A DNA stretch of 64,000 nt. Source: an uncultured Chthonomonadaceae bacterium (lineage in GTDB: Bacteria; Armatimonadota; Chthonomonadetes; Chthonomonadales; Chthonomonadaceae). The notes beneath the pieces are model-generated. The model did not search any database. It was not told the origin of the DNA and was given only the letters and a program-made list of their open reading frames with translations. Numbering within the stretch: the first letter of the stretch is position 1; each line of letters opens with the position of its first letter. This document shows positions 39,688-49,125 of the stretch, in pieces. Made by a program: the position numbers and the translations under genes. Location of the stretch: contig CAWIEK010000063.1 in assembly GCA_963835065.1 (NCBI GenBank), forward strand, positions 160,001 through 224,000. Reading direction: 5' to 3'.

Positions 39688-40641
39688 ATGGACCCGCCTC
39701 GCTGCATCGTATTTTCCACGCCATTGATTTCCACCTGGGTACTCGATGAAACCCACCGCGTTCTCTTCGACGCGGGGGATGGCTGCGCCGCCCTGCTGGA
39801 AGGCAAAATTCATAAAGCGAACTACGTGGCGCTGACTCACGCGCACCGGGACCATATCGCGGGCCTGCCGCAGCTGCTCAACCTGCGCGGCGCGGTTGCG
39901 TTCGGCGCGGGTACGCCCCTGCAAGTGCTGCATCCCGAAGGCAGCGGCTCTTTAGTGGCGTTCGGGCGGTTTTTGGCGCAGTTCGATCATGTCACGGCGG
40001 GGCAGGCGCACTGGCATTCCCTGAAACCGGGCGAACAGCGCGAGATTGGCGACGACCGTTTTCTGCGCGCGTTTTCCACACACCATATTCCCGACCCTGA
40101 CCCCACGCATCATCGCAGTTTGGGCTACCACATCGGGCGCATGGTGGATCGGCTGAAACCGGAACTGCGCGGCAAGTCCCAGGCGGAAATAGACCGTTTT
40201 CGCGCCGAACACGGACGTGACGCGCTGACCCACCGCGAGGAAGAAATTCTATTCAGCGTGTCGGGCGATACGCGCCCCCTGTCGCCGGAAACCTACGCGC
40301 AAAGCCGGTTTCTGCTGCACGAATGTACGTTTTTGGACACGGATGAAAGCGACCAGGCCGAAGCCTGCGAACGCGGCCACGCCCATTCCTGTTTGGGCGA
40401 AGTGCTGGATATGGCGCAGGCCGCGAATGTGCAGCACCTGGGATTGTACCACATCTCCAAGCGGTATACCGAAGAAGAAATCGTCCGTACCGTGCGCGCC
40501 GCCTGCGCCCGCCGCGACCTCAAAGCCAAAGTGAGCATCGCCCTGCCCGGACGCATCCACTACGACCTGTTTTCCCAAACCGTCTGGCCCTCAAAAGTGG
40601 TTGAACCGGCCCTCACCCCAACCCCTCTCCCAACTTTGTGA
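39688..40641 (+). CDS. rnz: MBL-fold hydrolase, RNase Z-like (Thermotoga-type)
   Basis: LFDAGDG; THAHRDH; SGDT; HECTFL; LYHISKRY. Confidence 0.8.
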   Translation: MDPPRCIVFSTPLISTWVLDETHRVLFDAGDGCAALLEGKIHKANYVALTHAHRDHIAGLPQLLNLRGAVAFGAGTPLQVLHPEGSGSLVAFGRFLAQFDHVTAGQAHWHSLKPGEQREIGDDRFLRAFSTHHIPDPDPTHHRSLGYHIGRMVDRLKPELRGKSQAEIDRFRAEHGRDALTHREEEILFSVSGDTRPLSPETYAQSRFLLHECTFLDTDESDQAEACERGHAHSCLGEVLDMAQAANVQHLGLYHISKRYTEEEIVRTVRAACARRDLKAKVSIALPGRIHYDLFSQTVWPSKVVEPALTPTPLPTL

Positions 40642-40737
40642 GAGGGGCTATTCTCGAATTTTAAGGGGGACTGAATAGTTCACCAAAACAGAATTTTCCG
40701 TCCGGGACGATTGGCCGCAGGCCTGATAACCGGCTTT

Positions 40738-41700
40738 TTATAAGCCGGAATTCCCCCCGCCTTGCCGCGTGTGCCGAACGGCGCGGCGACGCAGCAGGAC
40801 GCGCAACAGCAGCGCGATGGGCAGCCAGAAAATGCCCCAGATGCCGAGCCAGATGACAGCCGACCACAGCGATTGGCCGAACTCCACCACCGAACGCGCC
40901 GCATCCGAAGCCACCTTGCCGCTGCTGAACGTTTGCGGCGGCACGATGGCCTGCGGCCTGGGCGTTTCCTGAATGGTCATATTGAACGTGGAATACGCCA
41001 CGCGGTGCGCCAGAAACTTCAAGCGGCCTTCGATTTGCTCCACTTCCTGCCGTACCCGCGTCAATTCTTTTTCAATCAGCAGGGTGTCGCTGAGTTTGCC
41101 CGTTTTGGTGAGATGATCCAGCAGGCGCATTTCGGCGCTTTTCAGATTGCGCAGCCGCGCCGATGAATCCACAAACTCTTCAGTGACATCTTCGGTATTC
41201 ACCTGTTTGTCGAGAATTTTGCCCAGCGTTTCCATTTGCTGCATCGAAACGTCGAACTGTGAGGCGGGAACCCGCACCTGTAAGGTAATGGAGCGCGTTC
41301 CCAAGCTGTCTACCGTTTCATGCGAGTCGGAAACGTAGCCATGTGCGCCCCGCGCAAACGCGATCATTTGCTCGGCGACTTTGCGCGCGTCCGGGGCTTC
41401 GATACGGACAGTGGCGTTTTTAATCAGGTAACGATCCGGCTGCGCGTCCGTCAGCGAAACCAGTTTTAGGGTTCCGTCCGTATCGGTTTTGCCGGCGGGG
41501 GATTTCCCCTCGATCTCTCCTGCGGTGGCAGCGTCTTGCGCTAATCTCGGGGCAGGCATTGGAGCCGCCTTTGGAACTTCCGCTGTACCGCTCGCCTCGG
41601 TTTTATACGCTGATATAGCCTCATGGCTCCCACAGCCTGCCAGCGTCAGCCATCCCAACAGCAGCGCCCCGCCCAATTGCCAGTGTTGCTTTCGTCGCAT
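40738..41700 (-). CDS. DUF4349 lipoprotein
   Basis: Lipobox LAGC; VRVPASQF; EDVTEEFVD; EIEQ-like VRQEVEQIEGRLKFL; C-terminal TM helix. Confidence 0.9.
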   Translation of the reverse strand: MRRKQHWQLGGALLLGWLTLAGCGSHEAISAYKTEASGTAEVPKAAPMPAPRLAQDAATAGEIEGKSPAGKTDTDGTLKLVSLTDAQPDRYLIKNATVRIEAPDARKVAEQMIAFARGAHGYVSDSHETVDSLGTRSITLQVRVPASQFDVSMQQMETLGKILDKQVNTEDVTEEFVDSSARLRNLKSAEMRLLDHLTKTGKLSDTLLIEKELTRVRQEVEQIEGRLKFLAHRVAYSTFNMTIQETPRPQAIVPPQTFSSGKVASDAARSVVEFGQSLWSAVIWLGIWGIFWLPIALLLRVLLRRRAVRHTRQGGGNSGL

Positions 41701-41784
41701 GATTTCACCCTCCCGTTGCCTGCGCCCAATTTTTTGCGTCAACGGTTTAGTTCCATGCGACGCGGCAAAGGTTCAAATGTTGCA

Positions 41785-42516
41785 TTACGGCGCGACAAAT
41801 ACTTCCAAATGGCAGAAGCGTTCGCGCAGTAGTCCGGCCAGGGCGCGCAATCCCCATTGTTCGCTGCGCCGATGCCCCACAGCAATCACGCCTATTCCCA
41901 ACGCGCGCGCTGCCGAACGCGCCGGGACGCGGAATTGTCCGGTGAGATACGCCTGCGCGCCCCGTTCCCCCGCTTCCCGTACCAGGGCTTCCGTCATCGC
42001 GCCGACAACGGCAATTCGCGTTACCCTTACCCCGCCGTTCGCAACGGCGTCTTCATGCCCGCCGAAAATCGTATCAACGGTTGCCAGAACATCCGCAAAC
42101 GGCTGCGGCTTAATGTCGCCGATCATGCCAAGCGGGCGTCCGTCCTTTGCGCCGAAAACCTCCGTGCCGCTCAGGAGCAGGGCATCGGCCAGACGCGGGC
42201 TGTCACCGGGCGTCAGATACTCATCGAACGGCAAATGATAAAACAAGACGCCTGTATTTTCCAACAGGGATTGGCGCCGGTGTTCTCCATTCTGTATAAC
42301 GCTTTGAAGCAGCGCGTCGAATTTCCACGGGCGATGCAAAAATAGAGCATCTATTTGTTCCGCTTCCATCCACGCCGGCAGATCGGGCCAGGGTTCAAGC
42401 GCAAGCCCAATGCGGCGAATAGGGCGTTCGGAGGCGTGATAAATGCCACTTCCCTCCGCGCCGTAGTCCTCAATGGCAAAGTAAGCGTTCAAAAAGGCGG
42501 CTATGTCGTACAGCAT
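41785..42516 (-). CDS. Nif3-like (DUF34) dinuclear metal protein
   Basis: LFLHRP; YHLPFD; YLTGQ; AVGHRRSEQWG. Confidence 0.85.
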   Translation of the reverse strand: MLYDIAAFLNAYFAIEDYGAEGSGIYHASERPIRRIGLALEPWPDLPAWMEAEQIDALFLHRPWKFDALLQSVIQNGEHRRQSLLENTGVLFYHLPFDEYLTPGDSPRLADALLLSGTEVFGAKDGRPLGMIGDIKPQPFADVLATVDTIFGGHEDAVANGGVRVTRIAVVGAMTEALVREAGERGAQAYLTGQFRVPARSAARALGIGVIAVGHRRSEQWGLRALAGLLRERFCHLEVFVAP

Positions 42517-42677
42517 AAGCGGTGGAGTCCCACATTGCCGGGGATTTTCAATTCCCGGCACATTAGAATGTCCTGAATTTCAAACACGCCTGCGAATTTG
42601 CCCGATAGATTGCGGCGGCAATTACGAACTTAACTCATGCCACACGTTTCTTCTTCATCTTCCGGCAGGAGATTTCT

Positions 42678-45077
42678 TTGAACAGATTGATGCTGACACG
42701 ATCCCCGGCGCGGCTGCTTACAGATAAGGTCCGAGTAGAAGCGGTTTCCGCTTGCGCCCCGATGCTGACCGCCGCGCAACTGCACGAATGTTATCTGGAA
42801 GCGGTGTACGGCTATGTGGCGCGGCGCGTGGCGCTCCGTCAGGAAGCCGAGGATATTACGGCGGAAGTGTTTGCCGCCGCCTTTGCCGGCCTGCCCGGTT
42901 TTCGGGGCGAGTTTCCCCTGGCCTGGCTGCTGGGGATTGCGCGGCGCAAAATCGCGGATGGGAGGCGCAGCCGGGAAAAGCGACGCGAAACGCTTGCCTC
43001 GGAAATGGCCTTGACGCCGGAAGAAACAAGCGCGTTACTGGAAAATTTGGGAGCCGCAGCGCCCACCCCGGAACAAGCGCTGCATCAGCAGGAAGCGCGG
43101 CAACATATCCGCGCGCTCGTGGACAATCTGCGTCCCGATCAGCGCGAAGCCCTTCTCCTGCAATACGTGGAAGAGTTGTCCATTGTGGAAATCGCGGCAG
43201 TGATGCAGCGCTCGCCCCACGCCGTCAACAGCCTGCTGCAGCGCGCCCGCGCCAACATTTTCCGCGAAGGTCGCGCGTACTTCCTGCCGGATACCACTGC
43301 GTCGGATACTACTTCTGACGAATCCCGCAACCGCCGCGAAAGGCATGGTAAAACCATGAACATTTTCGAGAACATTTTTACTCGTTTCTCGCGCCGCCTG
43401 TTTGCAGCGCCTGCGCCGTCTGTCCATTCTTCTGCGCCGGACACGGATGCAGGGCGCGAAACGACGCTGCGCGAAGTTTTGCAACAGTCGTATGCCGCCC
43501 CGGATGTGCCGAACACCCTGCGGCAGCGCGTTGCCGAATTGGCCGTTTTGAACCATCAGCGGCAGGTGATGCAGCCCATCATTCGGGCGCACTGGCCGCG
43601 CATTGCGCTTGGCGTCACGCTTTGCAGCCTGATGACCGTTGGCGCAGTGGCGTGGCCGCGCCTTCACGCCGTCCTGCTGCTGCGCCAGATGCGATTTGCA
43701 ATGCAGAACGCGCAAACGGCGCATATCGTTACCTGGCAAATGTGGTCCGATGATTGTACGCGCCACAAGCAGATCGAAGCGTTTTACAATAATGGGCAGT
43801 GGCATATCGAAAAATCGTACGGCAACTGGATACACGAACTTCACGAAAGCCTGCGCGCCCCGGATCACTCGACTGCGGTGGAAGAGGTGTTTCGCCCGCC
43901 GAATTTCAACCCTATGAAGATGCCTTCTGTGATCGCCCTGCCGGAAGAATTGATGTTTGTCGGCCTGCAATCGCGCGTGGCGACAGGAAACAAAACCATC
44001 ATACAGGGCAAATCCTGTACGGTCTATATCTGGACAATGGATAACTTGCCCCGTGAAAGTCAGGATATCACGCTGGAAGACAAAACAGGGCTGCCGGTCG
44101 AAAGCGTGTGGCGGCATCAGGATGAAAACGATGTGTGGCAGACCACCGCTATTGTGGAGTACGAGTTCAATGTTTCAAGCGCGCAATTTCCCACAGGCAT
44201 GTCCCTATCCCCTCCTCGGCGTGAAGGCATTGGAGCGACTCGAGATGAATGGGAAAACAGGCTGCAAACGCCCCGAGCCTATATGCAACGCGGCAAAACC
44301 ATTATTGCCATTCGGGATTTGCGCGTCAACAGCGATGGCGACGTGTTTGTGCTGTACACGGCGGGCCACAAGCCCGGCTGGTATCCAGAGTGGGACATTA
44401 CCGCCACCGATGATCAGGGCAACACCTATTTGTACAGCATGCGCTCACCGTTTCATCCAACCATTATGGAACACAATCGTGTGAAAGGCTTCACGTTCAA
44501 CGGCGAAGCGCTGGATGCTGCGCACCTGACGCCGCTGTATCCTTTGAAAGACACCGGAACCGCATGGAAGCCGCGTCACCTGACTATCGCATTGTATCCC
44601 CGTAACGCGGACGCCGCGCTCGCTTATGTGAATGATGGCAAACGCGACAAGTACATGCCGCTGAAGTTTACCCTGTTCGTGGAGCAAGCGGACACGCGGC
44701 GCGTTCCAGGCTACATGCCCTACATGGCGATGTCTCCCTGCGGACTCTACCCGGAGTACGGACTGCAAAGCGAGGCGGCTTGGACGCGCGCTTGCTACTG
44801 GCGGAACGTGAAACACGATCTGGCACAAGCCCTGACATGGTTCCAGCGCATGGAAAGTATTGATAATGCGGAATCACGCCTCCATCACTGGCAGATAAAC
44901 AACGTGTTCGATCTGCTGGAAGAGGCTAAACTGCAAACCTTGCTCGGCCGCCATGCAGAAGCGCGTCAAACCTTACGCCGCGCTGATGCCCGCCGCGCTT
45001 ATGCGGACGCTGCTTCTGTTCGTGAACTAGACGCCGCTTTGCGGAAGGAATCAGGCGCTAAGAGCCTATCCCAATAG
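42678..45077 (+). CDS. ECF sigma factor joined in frame to an anti-sigma-like membrane protein (probably two genes, second start at 43356)
   Basis: Region 2 EAEDITAEVF and region 4 DQREALLLQYVEELSIVEIA; then PDVPNTLRQRV, a TM helix and a large extracytoplasmic domain. Confidence 0.8.
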   Translation: MNRLMLTRSPARLLTDKVRVEAVSACAPMLTAAQLHECYLEAVYGYVARRVALRQEAEDITAEVFAAAFAGLPGFRGEFPLAWLLGIARRKIADGRRSREKRRETLASEMALTPEETSALLENLGAAAPTPEQALHQQEARQHIRALVDNLRPDQREALLLQYVEELSIVEIAAVMQRSPHAVNSLLQRARANIFREGRAYFLPDTTASDTTSDESRNRRERHGKTMNIFENIFTRFSRRLFAAPAPSVHSSAPDTDAGRETTLREVLQQSYAAPDVPNTLRQRVAELAVLNHQRQVMQPIIRAHWPRIALGVTLCSLMTVGAVAWPRLHAVLLLRQMRFAMQNAQTAHIVTWQMWSDDCTRHKQIEAFYNNGQWHIEKSYGNWIHELHESLRAPDHSTAVEEVFRPPNFNPMKMPSVIALPEELMFVGLQSRVATGNKTIIQGKSCTVYIWTMDNLPRESQDITLEDKTGLPVESVWRHQDENDVWQTTAIVEYEFNVSSAQFPTGMSLSPPRREGIGATRDEWENRLQTPRAYMQRGKTIIAIRDLRVNSDGDVFVLYTAGHKPGWYPEWDITATDDQGNTYLYSMRSPFHPTIMEHNRVKGFTFNGEALDAAHLTPLYPLKDTGTAWKPRHLTIALYPRNADAALAYVNDGKRDKYMPLKFTLFVEQADTRRVPGYMPYMAMSPCGLYPEYGLQSEAAWTRACYWRNVKHDLAQALTWFQRMESIDNAESRLHHWQINNVFDLLEEAKLQTLLGRHAEARQTLRRADARRAYADAASVRELDAALRKESGAKSLSQ

Positions 45078-45157
45078 GCGCGGTATTTGCGTCTGAGGGA
45101 CGCTTGATTTTTCCTGCCGGGTATTTTCAATGCCCGGCCTATTGGGATCAGGCGCTA
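45050..45157. mobile_element. Putative MITE or IS scar
   Basis: 12-bp inverted repeats at 45068-45079/45137-45148 and 11-bp direct repeats atcaggcgcta at 45050-45060/45147-45157. Confidence 0.45.
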
Positions 45158-45246
45158 TGTAGGCCGTTGTCGTAAGTTGGTAGTTTTCTCATGCGCCCGT
45201 TGCCCGCAAAGCCACAAAGTAAGCAGGAGCCTTCCGCCTTCGCGTT

Positions 45247-45277
45247 CAAACCCCGGCCTGGTTCTGCCGGGGTTTGC
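45247..45277 (-). terminator. GC-rich hairpin downstream of the terminase gene
   Basis: caaaccccggc...gccggggtttg stem; U-tract weak. Confidence 0.45.
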
Positions 45278-45309
45278 CATTTCTGAATACGCGCGCAGAT
45301 TGGAAGTTT

Positions 45310-46816
45310 CTACCACAACTCTATCTTCTCCAAAGACGCAGTTGCAAGCACAGACGTAGCCGCCACCGCTTCCTGCCAATCCCCGCCCGCATAAAACGCC
45401 AGGTTCAGCGCGTCCATATCGTCCGGCGAACGGCCCAACCGCTTTTTTGTGTCCGCTTTCGGTTCCACGACCCGCCGCCCCTGCGCATCCACCTTCCACG
45501 TCGGAGCCATCGCCTGCGCCCGCAGCAGATTGCGCGACGCTTCGCTCAGGCGCGACAAATCCAGCCGTCCTTCCGCCGCCCGCCCGCTTGCGGCAAACCA
45601 CAATTCCGTGCGCGTGTTCGGAAAACGCTCCTCTTCCAAGGCCCGGCTGCTGCTGTTCACGCCCACAAACGTAAACCCTTCCGCAAGGTCAACCACCGCG
45701 CCCTGCACGTCGTCAATACGGCACGTCACGGTTTGCGGGTCTTCCTGCGGCAGCGCGTACGTTCGGCACAACTGCTTCAAGCGCCCCGCAATCTGCCTGT
45801 TGTCCCAGCCGTTATGCGTTTCGTGCCACAGCGCGCAATTGCCCCGCCGCGCCACGATGCTCGTAAAATCATCCCCGAACCGCGCCTTATCGCACCCGAT
45901 TTGCAGCCGTTCGCCCTCCATCACCTTCTGCGGTTCCAGACATGCCAGCCACAATCCTTCCGTCCACACGCTCACGCTCCCCTGCGTGGGCCACAATCCC
46001 AGCACCCGGCTTTCAAACAGCGGGCCGGGACGATGCCATTTCCCGCTCCCGCTCGGAAACTCGAAATCCTGCGCCTGACGGTCTTCTGTCAATACAGCCG
46101 TACACCATTCCGCGATCCGCCCCTGCACCCATTCCAGCCGAACGGCGCGGGGAAACGGCGCAGGCTTGCCTTCCAGCTCCGCCGCGATATTCGGATGCTC
46201 CAAAGCCGAAATCTCCATCACATGCCACTTCTGCGTGTTCTGGCACTCCTCATACGCGCGGCTCGCCGCGTCCGTCGGGTTCAAAATCACCAGCCAGTAG
46301 CACTCCACACCCGTCATCATGCCTTCCGCCGCATCCCAGAACGCGCTGTCTACGCCCGTCGCCTCATCAAACACGATCAGCACATGCTCCGCATGGCAGC
46401 CCTGAAAGCCGCTGTCATCCCGCGCCGTATACCCGATGGCGAAATGTTCCGGGCTTGTCTCCATCCGGCAGGCGCGCGGCAGCAAAACGCCCCGCTGTGA
46501 TGCGGGGCGCTGGGAGCGTATCTCCTTCCACAAAATATCCTGCACCTGCCGCGCTGTCGGCGCAGTGGTAATGCACAAGCCCGGATCAAAGCAGTCAAAA
46601 AACCAGTTGACCAGTCCACCCGCCAGAAACGATTTTCCGACGCTGTGACTGGCCTTCACGAACACCCGCTTATGCTGCATCAGCGCCCGCGCCACCTCCA
46701 CCTGCTTGTCCCACCACCTGTACGCCCAGCACCTCCTGCGCGTACCTCACAGGATCATTGCGATACCGCGCCAATGCCGCGCTGTCCTTCCCCGTTGCTT
46801 TCTCACCACCCTTCAT
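45310..46816 (-). CDS. terL: Phage terminase large subunit (frameshift near 46715)
   Basis: N-terminus RYRNDPVRYAQEVLGV from ATG 46816; Walker A KASHSVGKS; Walker B LIVFDEA; ILNP; nuclease IGCDKARFGDD and SPDDMDAL. Confidence 0.85.
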
Positions 46817-47103
46817 TTCCTCACCTCAATCAGTAATCGGCAATCAATTCCTTGTGAGCAGAATACCGCGCGCCCACACGGTACATTCTCGTTTGTCTGC
46901 TGTTTTAGAAGGTCGGGTTGGAGAAATTTGGAAGTTTTTTGAAACTATTTTTGAGGTAGCCTTTGCCGGAGATTTTCTCCTTGGTAAGACAACGCAAGGC
47001 CGGGTGTTTTCAACACCCGGTAGGAAAAAACAAGCGTCTTGCAGACACGGGATTGTGCAATGTTCAAGTGGGCTGTCTATAGTATGACGAGGGGTGGAGT
47101 AGT

Positions 47104-47343
47104 TTACGGCAAGCCAAGCAACTCCGTCCAGCTTTCCACATCTATAATGCGGTCTGCGAGATCTTCGAGCGTTTCCAGCGTCGTGATTCCCGCCAGGGTT
47201 GATTGCACCGCTTCGGAAGGCGGCCCAAAGCGTTTGCCGCCCTGTCGCAGCAGCAGGCGGCGCGCTTCTTCTGCGCGTCCTTCCTGCCGTCCTTCCTGCC
47301 GTCCTTCTTCCACGATTGCTTGATACGTGACAGATTCTTTCAT
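47104..47343 (-). CDS. Predicted internally translated small antitoxin (RpnS-like, 79 aa)
   Basis: In-frame AAGGAG-8 nt-ATG (MKESVTY...) inside the Rpn gene. Confidence 0.6.
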   Translation of the reverse strand: MKESVTYQAIVEEGRQEGRQEGRAEEARRLLLRQGGKRFGPPSEAVQSTLAGITTLETLEDLADRIIDVESWTELLGLP

Positions 47344-47967
47344 GTTCATTACTCCTTGTAACAGTTGCTGCGTGAACGCGGCCTCATAGCGCAAGCCCAT
47401 CAGCACATTTGTTGCTGTCCACAACTTGCCCGCTTGTTCGGGCGTGGCCTCGGCATCTATGCGCGTCTTCATCCGCTCAATAACAGCAGGCAGCTCTTCC
47501 TCCGTAACATTGGAAAGCGGCGCAAGCGGCAATGTTCCCAACCCGCCTGCCAAAACCTCTTCTACCGGCTTTTCCCACACGCGCACCACCTGATACCGGA
47601 ACTCCAGGTACACGCCCGTATCCGGCAAGCGGTACTGCAATATGCCTGTGATACTGCTTCTGTCCGCGTCCTCACTCAGCAGCAAAACCGCACTCCGAAC
47701 CGGCAGTTTATGGCGGACATGCAGCACCACGCTGTAGTGCAAAGTACGTTCCGGCAAGGTGGGATCGTGCCGGCTTTGAAACTCTATATGCAGCAGCGAA
47801 GGCGCAGCGCCCATGATGCGCAGAACCTTGTCGGCTGCCAGCGAGATTGTAGACAGTTCCGCTTCCACAACCTCCACTTCCTCCAGCGGCAGGCCAATAT
47901 ACGGCAGCCAATCCGAAGGACGCAGTTGCACAAGGTCTTTCGTCGTCGCATCGTACTTTTTCGTCAT
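47104..47967 (-). CDS. Rpn-family PD-(D/E)xK nuclease with DUF4351-like C-terminus
   Basis: YDATTKDL; ADKV; LHIEFQ; LLPLAPL-like TLPLAPL; MKESVTYQAI; EGRQEGRQEG. Confidence 0.88.
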   Translation of the reverse strand: MTKKYDATTKDLVQLRPSDWLPYIGLPLEEVEVVEAELSTISLAADKVLRIMGAAPSLLHIEFQSRHDPTLPERTLHYSVVLHVRHKLPVRSAVLLLSEDADRSSITGILQYRLPDTGVYLEFRYQVVRVWEKPVEEVLAGGLGTLPLAPLSNVTEEELPAVIERMKTRIDAEATPEQAGKLWTATNVLMGLRYEAAFTQQLLQGVMNMKESVTYQAIVEEGRQEGRQEGRAEEARRLLLRQGGKRFGPPSEAVQSTLAGITTLETLEDLADRIIDVESWTELLGLP

Positions 47968-48055
47968 ATATCCTTTTGCCTTTCGAGGGAACCACGTACA
48001 GTCTAAACACGCGAACACATCGTAGAGGTTCTGCTTGCTGAACCCACCTTAAAAC

Positions 48056-48100
48056 GGGCGCAAGCAGCGCAAATCAAGGCGCAGCAAGCAGCGCCCCTAC
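48056..48100 (-). repeat. GTAG-type REP-like palindrome
   Basis: Minus strand gtaggggcgctgcttgctgcgcc plus a partial second copy. Confidence 0.65.
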
Positions 48101-48124
48101 ATAAAGGCTTTATCTTGACAGGTA

Positions 48125-49108
48125 TCAGTCTTTAGCCCAGAACATCGCGCCGGGTTTTTCCTTGACGACGGCGATTTCCAGCGTTTGCAGGGCTTTGGTC
48201 AGGCCCTCTTTGGTACTCATCATGCCGTCTTCATGCTCGATGGACAGCACCCAATCGTAGCCGGTCATTTTCAGCGTGGTCACGAAATCGTTCCACCATT
48301 CCTGCGAATGTCCGTAGCCGACCGAGCGGAACACCCAACTCCGCTCCGCAATCGCGCCGTAGCTTTTCACGTCCAGGTTGCCGTTGATGCCCGAATTGAT
48401 GGTGTCAATGCGCGTGTCTTTGGCGTGTACGTGGAAAATCGCGTTTTTGGAGCCGAGGTAGCGGATGGCGGCAAGCGGGTCAATGCCCTGCCACCAGAAG
48501 TGCGACGGGTCGAAGTTGCAGCCGATGTTTTCGCCCGCCGCTTCCCGCAATTTAATCACCGTTTCCGGGTTGTAGACGACAAAGCCGGGATGCGCTTCAA
48601 TGGCGAATTTGACCTTATGCTCCTGCAAAAACTTGTTCTGCTCCGTCCAGTAGGGAATGGCGACCTCGTTCCACTGGTATTCCAGAATGTCGCGGAACTC
48701 GTCAGGCCAGGGGCAAGTCACCCAGTTCGGGTTTTGCCCGCCCGGGCCGGAAGGACAGCCGCTGAAGCCGTTGACCACGCCGATGCCCAGTTTTTCCGCC
48801 AGCAGCACCGCGTTGCGAAACGCCGTGTGGTGTTCCTGCGCAATGGTTTTGTTCGGGTGGATGGGGTTGCCATGCACGGAAATAGCCGTCAGTTCCAGCC
48901 CCCGGCTGTCGAGCATCTGCTGAAGCTGCTTGCGCTTGCCCTCGTCGTTGATCAGGGCTTCCGGCCCGCCCACATCCTGCAAGTGCTTATCGCCGGGATA
49001 CGCGCCCCCGCCGAACTCGACGGCCTGAATGCCCGCGCCCGCAATGTAGTCCAGCGCCTCTTCGATAGGCCGGTCATGGAACAAAGCCGTAAAAATACCG
49101 ATTTTCAT
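48125..49108 (-). CDS. Sugar phosphate isomerase/epimerase (AP_endonuc_2 TIM barrel)
   Basis: AIEAHPG; NFDPSH; HVHAKD; SIEHED; AAGGAG RBS. Confidence 0.92.
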   Translation of the reverse strand: MKIGIFTALFHDRPIEEALDYIAGAGIQAVEFGGGAYPGDKHLQDVGGPEALINDEGKRKQLQQMLDSRGLELTAISVHGNPIHPNKTIAQEHHTAFRNAVLLAEKLGIGVVNGFSGCPSGPGGQNPNWVTCPWPDEFRDILEYQWNEVAIPYWTEQNKFLQEHKVKFAIEAHPGFVVYNPETVIKLREAAGENIGCNFDPSHFWWQGIDPLAAIRYLGSKNAIFHVHAKDTRIDTINSGINGNLDVKSYGAIAERSWVFRSVGYGHSQEWWNDFVTTLKMTGYDWVLSIEHEDGMMSTKEGLTKALQTLEIAVVKEKPGAMFWAKD

Positions 49109-49125
49109 CAATGTCTCCTTTGTCA

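Noticed and set aside
45310..47967. Intact prophage
   Set aside because: No integrase, portal, capsid, tail or lysis genes anywhere in the window
47104..47967. Rpn gene as an active transposase or IS
   Set aside because: No terminal inverted repeats or target duplication seen; the family is better explained as a nuclease toxin with an internal antitoxin
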